From Chloroflexota bacterium (lineage in GTDB: Bacteria; Chloroflexota; Anaerolineae; UBA4142): a stretch of 64,000 bases of DNA. The DNA is taken from contig JACRPR010000083.1 of assembly GCA_016223105.1 (NCBI GenBank), positions 32,724-96,723 on the forward strand, written 5' to 3'. The position numbers and the translations under genes are program-made. Positions 32,651 to 40,920 of this stretch are shown piece by piece. The notes below the pieces were generated by a model that was not told the DNA's origin, searched no databases, and saw nothing but the letters and a program-made list of their open reading frames with translations. Every line of letters begins with the position of its first letter. Within the stretch, counting starts at the first letter, position 1.

Positions 32651-33325
32651 TTATTTTGGCAGTAATGAATTGATGATCTGCGCGAACTGTTCGTACGGCA
32701 GTGCGCCTTCCAAAAATTTTCCGTTGATGAAAAATGACGGCGTGGAGCGCACGCCCATCTGTTGCGCTTTGGCAGTATCCGCGCGCACCTTCGCCAAATA
32801 CTTGTCCTGGTCAAGACACGGATCGAATTTCGCGCTGTCGAGTCCGATTTCTTTCGCGAACCGTTTCAACACCGGCTTGGCATACGCGCCCTTGTTTTCG
32901 CCGCCCTGGTTTTCGAATACCTTGTCGTGATATTCCCAAAACTTGCCTTGCTCGTTCGCGCACTCGGTCGCGTTCGCCGCCCATTCGGATTCGTTGCCGA
33001 TGAACGCCATATGCAAGTACACGAATTTTACTTTGCCGGTTTTGACAAAATTCTGATCGATTCGACGTCCCGCGTCGAACGCAAATGTTTTGCAATACGG
33101 TCACTGAAAATCGGAAACTTCGATGATCTCGACCGGCGCGTTGGCTTCGCCTTTCATATTCCCGGCTTTAGCGACATCCACCGTCGGCGCGACGGCGGGA
33201 GTTTGCACGACAAACAACACGCCCGCCGCGATGACGACGAGCGCGCTAATGCCCACGACGATTGCCCACGTCGGCAATCCCGATTGTTTTTCTTGTTTTT
33301 TGAGAGCAGATCTACGCGGTGACAT
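32651..33325 (-). CDS. Membrane-anchored DsbA-family thiol:disulfide oxidoreductase, candidate selenoprotein (U-P-Y-C; TGA 33101-33103 read as Sec)
   Basis: The listed ORFs 33101..33406 and 32651..33022 are in-frame across one TGA. I chose the start MSPRRSALKK at 33325 (AAAGGA RBS) by homology to paralog b. The C-terminal half reads AANATECANEQGKFWEYHD...STPSFFING. Confidence 0.6.
33061..33080 (-). promoter_or_regulatory. SECIS-like hairpin, paralog c
   Basis: RNA: UUCGACG-CGGGA-CGUCGAA (7 bp perfect), starting ~21 nt 3' of the UGA. Confidence 0.45.
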
Positions 33326-33400
33326 TATCGTCCTTTCTGAATTGAGATGCGTGTCCATTATCCGAAAAACGCGTATAAATGTCAAACGCAAAAAAACAAT

Positions 33401-33460
33401 TCCCACGGATACACAAGAACACGGATAATTTTTTATCTGCGTTCCTGTGTGCCCGTGGGA
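33401..33460. repeat. Palindromic element TCCCACGGATACACAAGAACACGGATAA...
   Basis: Near-perfect inverted repeat, related to 54411-54479. Confidence 0.7.
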
Positions 33461-33475
33461 AAAATTGGAGAAACG

Positions 33476-34483
33476 TTACCACGCGCCAGCGGTTTTGCCC
33501 GGCTCGATGATGCCGCCGCCCGCGCGATAAATTTCGTCCATCAATTCGAGCGCGCGCCGCGCGTCCGTGATCGTAACTTGCGGCGCGATTTTTTCGCGCA
33601 CGACCGCGCAAAAATGGATCAACTCGTACGCGTACCCGGTCAACATCACCGACGCGTTTTGCGCCGACGGCACGGTTGGATTCGGTTCCCAAATTTCGCC
33701 CGCGCCGTCCGGCGGATGATACTCGTAGCGAATTACATTGTCCACGCGCGCAAAGTGTCCCTGCCCGGTGATCTCGACAAACTCGTTGTGCTTACGCCAC
33801 GATTGCGTGTTTGCGAGATGCAACATTCCGAGCGCGCCATTCGCAAACCGAAACGTAACCGCGTACGACCAACGCCTGTCGCCCCAATCCGTTTTTTCAA
33901 CCGATACGCGTTCGACCTCGCCCATAAAAAATCGCGCGAGATCAACCAGGTGAATCGGATTGTCCACGAGGTACGTGTACTCGTCGGGATACAATCCCGC
34001 GCCAACGACGAACTTGCCAACGAACGCGGTCGGCGCACCGAAATTTTCTTTCGCCATCGCTTGCTTTGCCATTCGATATGCCGGCGCAAAGCGTTTCATA
34101 AATCCGACCTGGATCGGCTTGCCGGCGCGGTGCGCGCGTTGTTCGATTTCAATCGCTTGCGCGACCGAACCCGCGCCCGGTTTTTCGCAAAAAATCGGCA
34201 AGCCCGCGTCGAGCACGCCGGTCAAAACGTGAAAATAATCCGGCGGCTTGACCGCGACGATGCACGCGTCGAGTTTTTCTTGCGCCAGCATTTCTTCAAA
34301 GCCGCCGACGTAAAATTTCGGCGCGCCAAAATTGCGCGCGGCAATCTGCGCTTCCTCTTCGCCCAACGCGGCAACCGCGACGAGGTCGATTGGCGCGTAG
34401 CGCAACGACGGATACAAAATGTTCGACGCGTGCCGTCCCGCGCCGATGAAACCGATCCGAACTTTGTCCATTGTTTGCTCCAC
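33476..34483 (-). CDS. Gfo/Idh/MocA family oxidoreductase
   Basis: Has an N-terminal Rossmann motif (VRIGFIGAGRHA) and the typical family length. Confidence 0.85.
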   Translation of the reverse strand: MEQTMDKVRIGFIGAGRHASNILYPSLRYAPIDLVAVAALGEEEAQIAARNFGAPKFYVGGFEEMLAQEKLDACIVAVKPPDYFHVLTGVLDAGLPIFCEKPGAGSVAQAIEIEQRAHRAGKPIQVGFMKRFAPAYRMAKQAMAKENFGAPTAFVGKFVVGAGLYPDEYTYLVDNPIHLVDLARFFMGEVERVSVEKTDWGDRRWSYAVTFRFANGALGMLHLANTQSWRKHNEFVEITGQGHFARVDNVIRYEYHPPDGAGEIWEPNPTVPSAQNASVMLTGYAYELIHFCAVVREKIAPQVTITDARRALELMDEIYRAGGGIIEPGKTAGAW

Positions 34484-34489
34484 TTGATT

Positions 34490-35512
34490 TTAGGGTTCGA
34501 CTAAAATTTTGATGCCCTCACCGCGCCGCATTGTTTCGATTGCGCTTGCCGCGTCGTTCAAAGCAAAACGATGCGTGATCAGTTTTGCGAGCGGTAAGGT
34601 TCCGCTTTCGATGAGTTGAACGGCGCGCGGGAAGGAATGTTTTGCGATGTAACTGCCGTGGATCGCGATCTCGCCGCGCGTGATGATGCTCTGCGAAATT
34701 TTTGGCGCGGCGTGCGAATTGAATCCGAATAACAAAATTCGTCCGCCGCGCCGAACCGCTTGCACCGCGACATCGAACAACGCGCCGACCGCGTCTACAA
34801 CCACGTCCGCGCCGATGCCGGTCTCGCGCTTGACCAGCGCGACCAGGTCTTGCGTTTGCGGATTGACGACAAGATGCGCGCCATTGTCGCGCGCTATCTG
34901 CGCGCGCGCGTCGGAAATTTCGGAAACGATGATTTGCGCCGCGCCCGCCGCGCGAAAAAATTGCGCGAACAGCAAACCGATCGGACCCGCGCCGAGAATG
35001 AGTGCCGCTTCGCCGGGCTGAACGTGAATTTTTTCCGCGCCATTAATCACGCACGCCAGCGGCTCGGCGAGCGCGGCTAAATGCGCGGGCACCTCCGCGC
35101 GAATTTTGTGCAAGGCGCGCGCCGGCGCGATGTTGAATTCCGCGAGTCCGCCATCGCGCGTAACGCCCAGCGTCGCAATCGCGAGACAACAATTCAACAA
35201 CCCGCGCCGACAATACTCGCACACGCCGCATGTGATGCTGGGATCAACGACGACACAATCGCCAGGCTGGGACTGCGAAACACGCGCGCCGACTTGAACG
35301 ACGGACGCGGTGTACTCGTGTCCCAGGATCGAACCGGGTTGAACAGGAATGGGCGAAGGATTGGCGAGGATGTGAACATCGGTGCCGCAAATTCCACACG
35401 CGCGAACGCGGAGCAAAACGTCGTCGTCGTTTTGCAGAGCTGGCGTCGCGCGCTCGCGCAATGCAAACACGCCGGGCGATTCAAACACTCCTGCCAACAT
35501 CGCGCGGCTCAC
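34490..35512 (-). CDS. Zinc-dependent alcohol/polyol dehydrogenase (MDR family)
   Basis: Contains CGICGTDVHIL, GHEYTA and GAGPIGLL. Confidence 0.85.
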   Translation of the reverse strand: MSRAMLAGVFESPGVFALRERATPALQNDDDVLLRVRACGICGTDVHILANPSPIPVQPGSILGHEYTASVVQVGARVSQSQPGDCVVVDPSITCGVCEYCRRGLLNCCLAIATLGVTRDGGLAEFNIAPARALHKIRAEVPAHLAALAEPLACVINGAEKIHVQPGEAALILGAGPIGLLFAQFFRAAGAAQIIVSEISDARAQIARDNGAHLVVNPQTQDLVALVKRETGIGADVVVDAVGALFDVAVQAVRRGGRILLFGFNSHAAPKISQSIITRGEIAIHGSYIAKHSFPRAVQLIESGTLPLAKLITHRFALNDAASAIETMRRGEGIKILVEP

Positions 35513-36324
35513 CCTTGCGCGAGACGCGGGCGCAGATGTTCGGCGGCGCGCTCAAGTTGCTCGCGATTGTACGCGGCGGTCGAGTCGCGATACTCAAGTT
35601 CCAAACTATAGTCGCCGCGATAACCGCGCGCCTGGATCGCTTTGAAAAAACCGGCAAAATCACATTCGCCGTCGCCCGGCGTGGTGAGGATACTGCCGTC
35701 TTTGAAATCGCGAACGTGAACGTGGCACACGCGGTCGCCGTATGTTTTCACCGCCGTTGCTAAATTCGATCCGCCGTTGTGAATGTGGCTCGTGTCGAGC
35801 GCGACGCCGACCAGGTCGGGATCGATCATTTCGAGAAATTCCAACGCTTGCGAAAATGTTTCGGCGAGCGTGCCTTTGTGCGGCGCTTCGACCGCGAGTC
35901 GCACACCCAGGTCGCGCGCAAACTTGCCGAGTTCGTTGACGTGATGCGCGACCAAGCGCGCTTGCGCGAGCCATTCCGTTTCGGCTTTGCGCCCGGGTTG
36001 CATCGAGAGCGCGTAACCGCCGAGCGCGGATGCGAGTTGCAGAGACGCGCGTACCCACGCGATCTCTTCGTCGGGACCTTCGGGGCGATTGAGCGCGGTG
36101 AGCGACCACGCGTTGATTGACGATACGCGCAAACCGCGTTCGCCGATTTCGTCCGCGATCCGTTTGTGATCGTCGCGCGTCGTTTTCGTCGGATCAACGT
36201 GCGGGCAAAATTTCGCAATCACACCCAGGTCAATCGTTTTGAATCCGTCCGCCGCGATCCAATCGAGCGCGGTGTTGAGATCAAGCATCCGAAAAGTGAG
36301 AGTCGAACAACCGAGTTGATTCAT
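35509..36324 (-). CDS. Sugar phosphate isomerase/epimerase (xylose isomerase-like TIM barrel)
   Basis: 271 aa, AP-endonuclease-2/TIM-barrel-like sequence. It lies in the operon with the dehydrogenases and is 4-nt coupled. Confidence 0.8.
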   Translation of the reverse strand: MNQLGCSTLTFRMLDLNTALDWIAADGFKTIDLGVIAKFCPHVDPTKTTRDDHKRIADEIGERGLRVSSINAWSLTALNRPEGPDEEIAWVRASLQLASALGGYALSMQPGRKAETEWLAQARLVAHHVNELGKFARDLGVRLAVEAPHKGTLAETFSQALEFLEMIDPDLVGVALDTSHIHNGGSNLATAVKTYGDRVCHVHVRDFKDGSILTTPGDGECDFAGFFKAIQARGYRGDYSLELEYRDSTAAYNREQLERAAEHLRPRLAQG

Positions 36325-36373
36325 TTTGATTTCCTATCGCATCGAAGTGGAATTATCATTTGCCAATTACAAA

Positions 36374-37201
36374 TTACCCTTTCAGCGCGCCCGCGGTAAT
36401 CCCCGCGACAAACGTTCGCATCGAAACCAGGAATAAAATCACCATCGGGATCGCGGCGATGACTGCCGCCGCCATTCCCGCGCCGGGTTCGGGGCGAAAC
36501 ATTCCATCGTTGAAAAAAATCACTGCGGCGACAGCCGTGCGCGCTTCGGGCGCGTTCGCGACGAGCGAGGGCCAGGCGTAATCGTTCCAAATCCACCAGA
36601 TTTGAAAGATCGCCATCGCACTCATCACCGGCAAAGAGAGCGGAATCGCGATGCGCGTGAACAATTGCCACACGCCCGCGCCATCCACTTTTGCGGCATC
36701 GAACATTTCGGAAGGCAGTTCCGCGAAAAATGATCGCAGGACGACGATGATCAAACTTTGATGCGCGGCGTACGGTAGAATCAACGACCACAAGGTATTT
36801 TGCAAACTGAATTGAATGATCAGTTGATAGGTCGGCACGAACAACACGGTGCTGGGCACGAGCAGGATAAGCATCAGCGCGCCAAACAACCAGTTGCGAC
36901 CTGGGAATTCAAATCGCGCAAAGACGAATGCCGTCGCCGCCGCCATTGCAATGCTCGCGGTGATCGAAACGATGCCGACGATGATATTGTGCAACAGCGG
37001 GTCTTGCATAAATCGCCACGCGAGCGCGTAATTCTCAAACGTGAGCGGCGACGCGGGCCCCATCGGGTCCACGTTGAATTGATACGGGTCTTTGAACGAA
37101 AGATTGACGAGCGTGATCAGCGGAATGGCGGTAAAGATCGCGAGAATGAGGAGGATCGCGTGAATCGCGTACTGACCCAGGTGGCGGCGGAAATGAGCCA
37201 T
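36374..37201 (-). CDS. Carbohydrate ABC transporter permease (MalG-like)
   Basis: 6 TM, with an EAA-loop-like FDAAKVDGAG. Confidence 0.85.
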   Translation of the reverse strand: MAHFRRHLGQYAIHAILLILAIFTAIPLITLVNLSFKDPYQFNVDPMGPASPLTFENYALAWRFMQDPLLHNIIVGIVSITASIAMAAATAFVFARFEFPGRNWLFGALMLILLVPSTVLFVPTYQLIIQFSLQNTLWSLILPYAAHQSLIIVVLRSFFAELPSEMFDAAKVDGAGVWQLFTRIAIPLSLPVMSAMAIFQIWWIWNDYAWPSLVANAPEARTAVAAVIFFNDGMFRPEPGAGMAAAVIAAIPMVILFLVSMRTFVAGITAGALKG

Positions 37202-37246
37202 TAGGTTCTCCCAAGCAGTAGGGCAAACGCTTCGCGTAAATTTGCC

Positions 37247-38203
37247 TTACGCATCACTTTTCTGTCGGCGACTGATCAATTGATTGATCAGCATCAAGCC
37301 GAGCGTAACCACGAACAGCACCGTGCCAATCGCGGAACCGTAACCCAGGTCGAGATCATCGCGCACGGCGCGATACATTTGCAAACCGGGGACGAGCGTG
37401 CCCGCCATTCCCGGTCCGCCGTTCGTCATAATCAACGGCGCGTCAAACGAGCGCAAGTAAAAAATAAACGTCAGCACGATGAGCACCATCATTTGATTGC
37501 GAATGAGCGGCAGTTCGATTTGAAAAAATCGGCGGAACGCGCTCGCGCCATCCACGCGCGCGGCGTCGAGCAATTCTTCCGGGATCGATTGCAACGCCGC
37601 AAGGTAAATTAAAAAGTTGAGCCCCGCGACCCAGGGAAACCCTGTGCCGATAATCGCCCACAATGCGGTGGCATTTTCACCGAGCCAGAGATGCGTCAGT
37701 GCGCCCAAGCCGAGCGCGCGCAGAATCGTGTTCAATCCGCCGTCGCCGCCGTAGAACCAGCGCCACACAAACACGACGACGGTCGCGGGCACGACAATCG
37801 GCATCACGAACATCATGCGCCAACCGTACTGCGCGAGCCCCGGGCGCAGATGCGCGACCAACGCCGCGCCGAGCAAAGGTGTCGTCATCACGATCACGAG
37901 TTGCGAAACCAGGATCGTGAGCATATTGCGCCACGCCGCGAGCGCGACCGGATCATCGAACATCCGCTGATAATTTTCGAAACCGATCCAAATCGTGCGC
38001 TTGATGTCCCAATAGGTGAACGAGTGATAAATGCCGGATGCCATCGGGTAATAATAAAACGCGATGGAAAATAAAAATGTCGGGAGAATCAAAACGTACA
38101 ACAACCAATTACGCCGCACGCCCTCGACGAGCGTGGCGACGCGCTGGCTTGATTTTGCGCGCGGGATCGGTTTCGCTATCGTGAGTTCTTGACTCATCAT
38201 CAC
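37247..38203 (-). CDS. Carbohydrate ABC transporter permease (MalF-like)
   Basis: 6 TM, with the EAA loop LLDAARVDGAS. Confidence 0.85.
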   Translation of the reverse strand: MMMSQELTIAKPIPRAKSSQRVATLVEGVRRNWLLYVLILPTFLFSIAFYYYPMASGIYHSFTYWDIKRTIWIGFENYQRMFDDPVALAAWRNMLTILVSQLVIVMTTPLLGAALVAHLRPGLAQYGWRMMFVMPIVVPATVVVFVWRWFYGGDGGLNTILRALGLGALTHLWLGENATALWAIIGTGFPWVAGLNFLIYLAALQSIPEELLDAARVDGASAFRRFFQIELPLIRNQMMVLIVLTFIFYLRSFDAPLIMTNGGPGMAGTLVPGLQMYRAVRDDLDLGYGSAIGTVLFVVTLGLMLINQLISRRQKSDA

Positions 38204-38211
38204 ACCGTCAT

Positions 38212-38301
38212 CGTGAAACGTAATGCGTGATGCGTGAACGCTTCGCGCGCATCACGCATCACGCATTACCACTTACCATTTACTACTTACCAGTTTACCA
38301 C
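38212..38301. repeat. Heptamer-unit hairpin (GCGTGAT / ATCACGC) followed by a TTACCAN tandem run
   Basis: A hairpin (gtaatgcgtgatgcgtgaacgc...gcgcatcacgcatcacgcattac) is followed by cacttac catttac tacttac cagttta ccac. Confidence 0.8.
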
Positions 38302-39938
38302 TTGTCCGCGTTCCACTCGGGATGTTGGCGAATCGCCGTATCCGCGAGTTGATCGAGCAAACGTTGATACGCGGTGAGCGCCTGATCGAGCGTCATCGCG
38401 CCGCTGAGATAATCCTGGAAAATTTTCGTCTCATTCGTCGTGCTGGCTTGACCGTAGGTATTGTTAATGTCCAAGCCGCGCACGCGATTATCCACCGCGG
38501 GCGGTTCGATGAAACCGCGATAGCGTTCTTGCATCACCGCGTTGCCCGGGAACACTTTCTCAATGCCAGAGCCAGGTTGATAGCACGGCACGGTTTGTAG
38601 CGTGCACCAGTACTCGATGCTCTTGGGCGCGGTAACGTACTGCAACAGATCGAGCGCGAGATCGAGTTTGCCCTTATCCTGGGTCGTCTTGGGGATGAAC
38701 ATGTACTGCGAGCCGGAACCCGCGCCCGCGTTGCCGACGCGACGCGCTTGCCCCTGCAACGGCGGCAGGTAGAACGAACCCCATTTGAATTTCACGTTCG
38801 GATCGTTTTCGACGAACGGCATGTTGATGCGGACGATTGAACGAAACGCGACCTTGCCTTGAATGAACGGATCGCCCGCGGGCGGCGGCGCTTGATAACC
38901 CTCGTGCCAATACGCCGACCACTTTTTCATTTCTTCAAAAAGCTTGGTGGTGCCGAGATGCTTGGAGCTCAATTTTGCTTTCTTGATGCACCACGAGATT
39001 TCCATTTGGGAAATGCGATTATCTTTCTTGTCACCCGCCGCGCCATCACATTCTTTGATCGCGTCATCATAAAGTTGATCGGCGAGAATGTTCACGTACC
39101 ACGTAAAGATGTACGCTTCGTTGCCCGCCATCGGCATATACCAGGGTTGCGCGCCGGCGGTTTTGAGTTTCGCCATCGCATCGTAAAACTCCGCCCAGGT
39201 CTTGGGCAAAGTTTTGATGCCGGCTTTGTCGAGCCATTCCTGGTTGTAGAGAATTGCGGTGTCGCCCAGGTCGCCGACGTACGTCGTGCCGACCATCAAC
39301 ACCTTGTCTTTGACGGTAACATCGTTCAGCGCGACCGCGCTCAATGGAAAATCTTCTTTCCAGGTTTTGTTCGCGCTGTACGGATTTTGTTTCGCGAGGT
39401 CTGCGCTAAAATCATATTGCAAATCGGGATCGAGTTGTGCGGGCGAGGGGAACACTTGCATCACGCCGTCCGCCAAAGTTTTCGAGCGCAGGTTCGTCGT
39501 GATGTAACCGAAAATTTCGACGACGGTGCCGAGCATCGGTTGATATTTGATCGTTACGCCCGGATGATTTTTTTGCCACTCTTGAAACAAGAGATACAAT
39601 GTGTAATTGGGATGTTTGGGATCCGCGCCAATGTCGCGCCAGGTGTTCATCACGAGTTCGCCTTTGAGATTCGCGCGACTCGCGGCGGTCGCGACCGGCG
39701 CGGCTGGTTTCGCGGCAGTGGTTGGCGCGGGTGGTTTCGTCGCTTCCGGCGGTTTCGTGGCGGCGGGCTGTGGCGCAGTTGTCGCCGGCGGTTTCGTCGC
39801 TTCCGGCGCTTTTGTTGGCGCAGGCGCGGCGGTTGGCGGCGCGGATGTTGGCGCGGCAGTCGGTGCCGCGCATGCGACGACGAGCATCAACAACAGCGCC
39901 AGCGCGAGCCAGATCGGAATTTTTCGTAAAGCAAACAT
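38295..39938 (-). CDS. Extracellular solute-binding lipoprotein (carbohydrate ABC transporter) with a long Pro/Thr/Ala-rich tether
   Basis: The lipobox is LMLVVAC. There is a ~70-aa PT/A-rich linker and an SBP family-1-like body. The RBS is GGAGGAGGAG. Confidence 0.8.
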   Translation of the reverse strand: MFALRKIPIWLALALLLMLVVACAAPTAAPTSAPPTAAPAPTKAPEATKPPATTAPQPAATKPPEATKPPAPTTAAKPAAPVATAASRANLKGELVMNTWRDIGADPKHPNYTLYLLFQEWQKNHPGVTIKYQPMLGTVVEIFGYITTNLRSKTLADGVMQVFPSPAQLDPDLQYDFSADLAKQNPYSANKTWKEDFPLSAVALNDVTVKDKVLMVGTTYVGDLGDTAILYNQEWLDKAGIKTLPKTWAEFYDAMAKLKTAGAQPWYMPMAGNEAYIFTWYVNILADQLYDDAIKECDGAAGDKKDNRISQMEISWCIKKAKLSSKHLGTTKLFEEMKKWSAYWHEGYQAPPPAGDPFIQGKVAFRSIVRINMPFVENDPNVKFKWGSFYLPPLQGQARRVGNAGAGSGSQYMFIPKTTQDKGKLDLALDLLQYVTAPKSIEYWCTLQTVPCYQPGSGIEKVFPGNAVMQERYRGFIEPPAVDNRVRGLDINNTYGQASTTNETKIFQDYLSGAMTLDQALTAYQRLLDQLADTAIRQHPEWNADKW

Positions 39939-39968
39939 TTCTCTCCTCCTCCTGTAGAATCTTTCGGA

Positions 39969-39997
39969 ATTTTATCATAATTTTTCGATAGTGTCAA
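39969..39997 (-). promoter_or_regulatory. Sigma-70-like promoter for the sugar ABC operon (TTGACA-17-TAAAAT on the minus strand)
   Basis: The -35 is the reverse complement of 39992-39997 and the -10 the reverse complement of 39969-39974. Confidence 0.5.
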
Positions 39998-40020
39998 TAT
40001 CCGAAAATAATCGAAAGATA

Positions 40021-40049
40021 TTGACAATTTATCGAAAGCGAAATATAAT
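40021..40049 (+). promoter_or_regulatory. Consensus sigma-70 promoter for the DeoR regulator (TTGACA-17-TATAAT)
   Basis: The -35 is at 40021-40026 and the -10 at 40044-40049. ATCGAAA(G) repeats are interleaved with it. Confidence 0.55.
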
Positions 40050-40055
40050 CTTGAT

Positions 40056-40098
40056 GTCATTGCGAGCGGAGCGAAGCATTCCCCGGTTTTGCAATGAC
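40056..40098. repeat. Short MITE-like hairpin (GTCATTGCGAGCGGAGCGAAGCATT...GCAATGAC) in the deoR 5' leader
   Basis: Same family as 10772-10865 and 63041-63114. Confidence 0.75.
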
Positions 40099-40119
40099 CG
40101 AATCCAAGGAGATGCGATT

Positions 40120-40890
40120 ATGCTTGCCGTTGCCAGGCGCGACAAAATTCTCGCCGTGCTTCAAACCAAACACCGCGCGAGCGTTGGCGAATTGAGTAAA
40201 GCGTGCAAAGTGTCCGAAGTAACGATTCGCACCGATCTCAATCAAATGGCGCGCGATGGTTTGCTCGCGCGCACACGCGGCGGCGCGACGCTCACCGACC
40301 GCGCGAATCGCGAATTGAATTTTTCCGCGCGCGATCATTTGAACGCGGACGCGAAACAACGCATCGGCGCGCTGTCCGCGACGCTCGTCAATTCCGGCGA
40401 TTCGATCATCGTGGACGCGAGCACGACTGCGCTCTACGTCATCCGCGCGATTATGCGCCGCGCGGAATTGCATGATCTCACGATCATCACGAACGGGATC
40501 CAGACCGCGCTCGAGCTCGTCAATCGTCCCGACATTACCACGATGCTGACCGGCGGAATTTTGCGAATGACTTCGATCTCGCTCGTCGGCGCGATTGGCT
40601 GGGAAGTACTCGGCAAGATCAACGCGAACAAGGGTTTCTTTGGCACGCGCGGGATCAGCATCGAAGCCGGGTTGACCGACGTGAACATGCTCGAAGCGAA
40701 CACCAAAAAAGCGATGGTCGAACGATGCCAGGAAGTGATCGCGGTTGCGGACGCGTCCAAGTTCGGCGAAACGTCGCTCGTCTCGTTCGCGCCGATTGAT
40801 AAAGTGACGCGCATTATCACCGACAATTCCGCGCCGCGCGCCGCGCTTGATCCTCTGCGCGCGCGCGGGATTCAAGTGATGTTGGCGTAA
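40120..40890 (+). CDS. DeoR-family transcriptional regulator (candidate regulator of the rhamnose/fucose locus)
   Basis: The ATG at 40120 has an AAGGAG RBS. The N-terminal HTH is ASVGELSKACKVSEVTIRTDLNQM, and a DeoR C-terminal sensor domain follows. Confidence 0.85.
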   Translation: MLAVARRDKILAVLQTKHRASVGELSKACKVSEVTIRTDLNQMARDGLLARTRGGATLTDRANRELNFSARDHLNADAKQRIGALSATLVNSGDSIIVDASTTALYVIRAIMRRAELHDLTIITNGIQTALELVNRPDITTMLTGGILRMTSISLVGAIGWEVLGKINANKGFFGTRGISIEAGLTDVNMLEANTKKAMVERCQEVIAVADASKFGETSLVSFAPIDKVTRIITDNSAPRAALDPLRARGIQVMLA

Positions 40891-40920
40891 ACATTTTACG
40901 CATTACGTTTTTCGAGTTAC

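Noticed and set aside
31238-33406. Interpreting the split DsbA ORFs as simple nonsense-mutated pseudogenes, or as evidence of genome-wide UGA reassignment
   Set aside because: Three paralogs have the TGA at exactly the same functional codon (first Cys of CxxC). Each retains intact downstream homology and a position-conserved hairpin. Many other genes in the window terminate normally at TGA, so the code is not reassigned. Only paralog a, which has an additional frameshift, is treated as decayed.
33347-34504. 385-aa plus-strand ORF
   Set aside because: It is fully antisense to the Gfo/Idh/MocA oxidoreductase gene and has Arg-rich shadow-ORF composition.
39650-39860. Repetitive GC-rich stretch at the 5' end of the SBP gene as a mobile or intergenic repeat
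   Set aside because: It encodes a continuous Pro/Thr/Ala-rich tether after a lipobox, which is an ordinary low-complexity linker of a lipoprotein.
38859-39929. 356-aa plus-strand ORF
   Set aside because: It is antisense to the solute-binding lipoprotein gene. Its C-terminal RRFRRF repeats are the reverse translation of the Pro/Thr/Ala linker.
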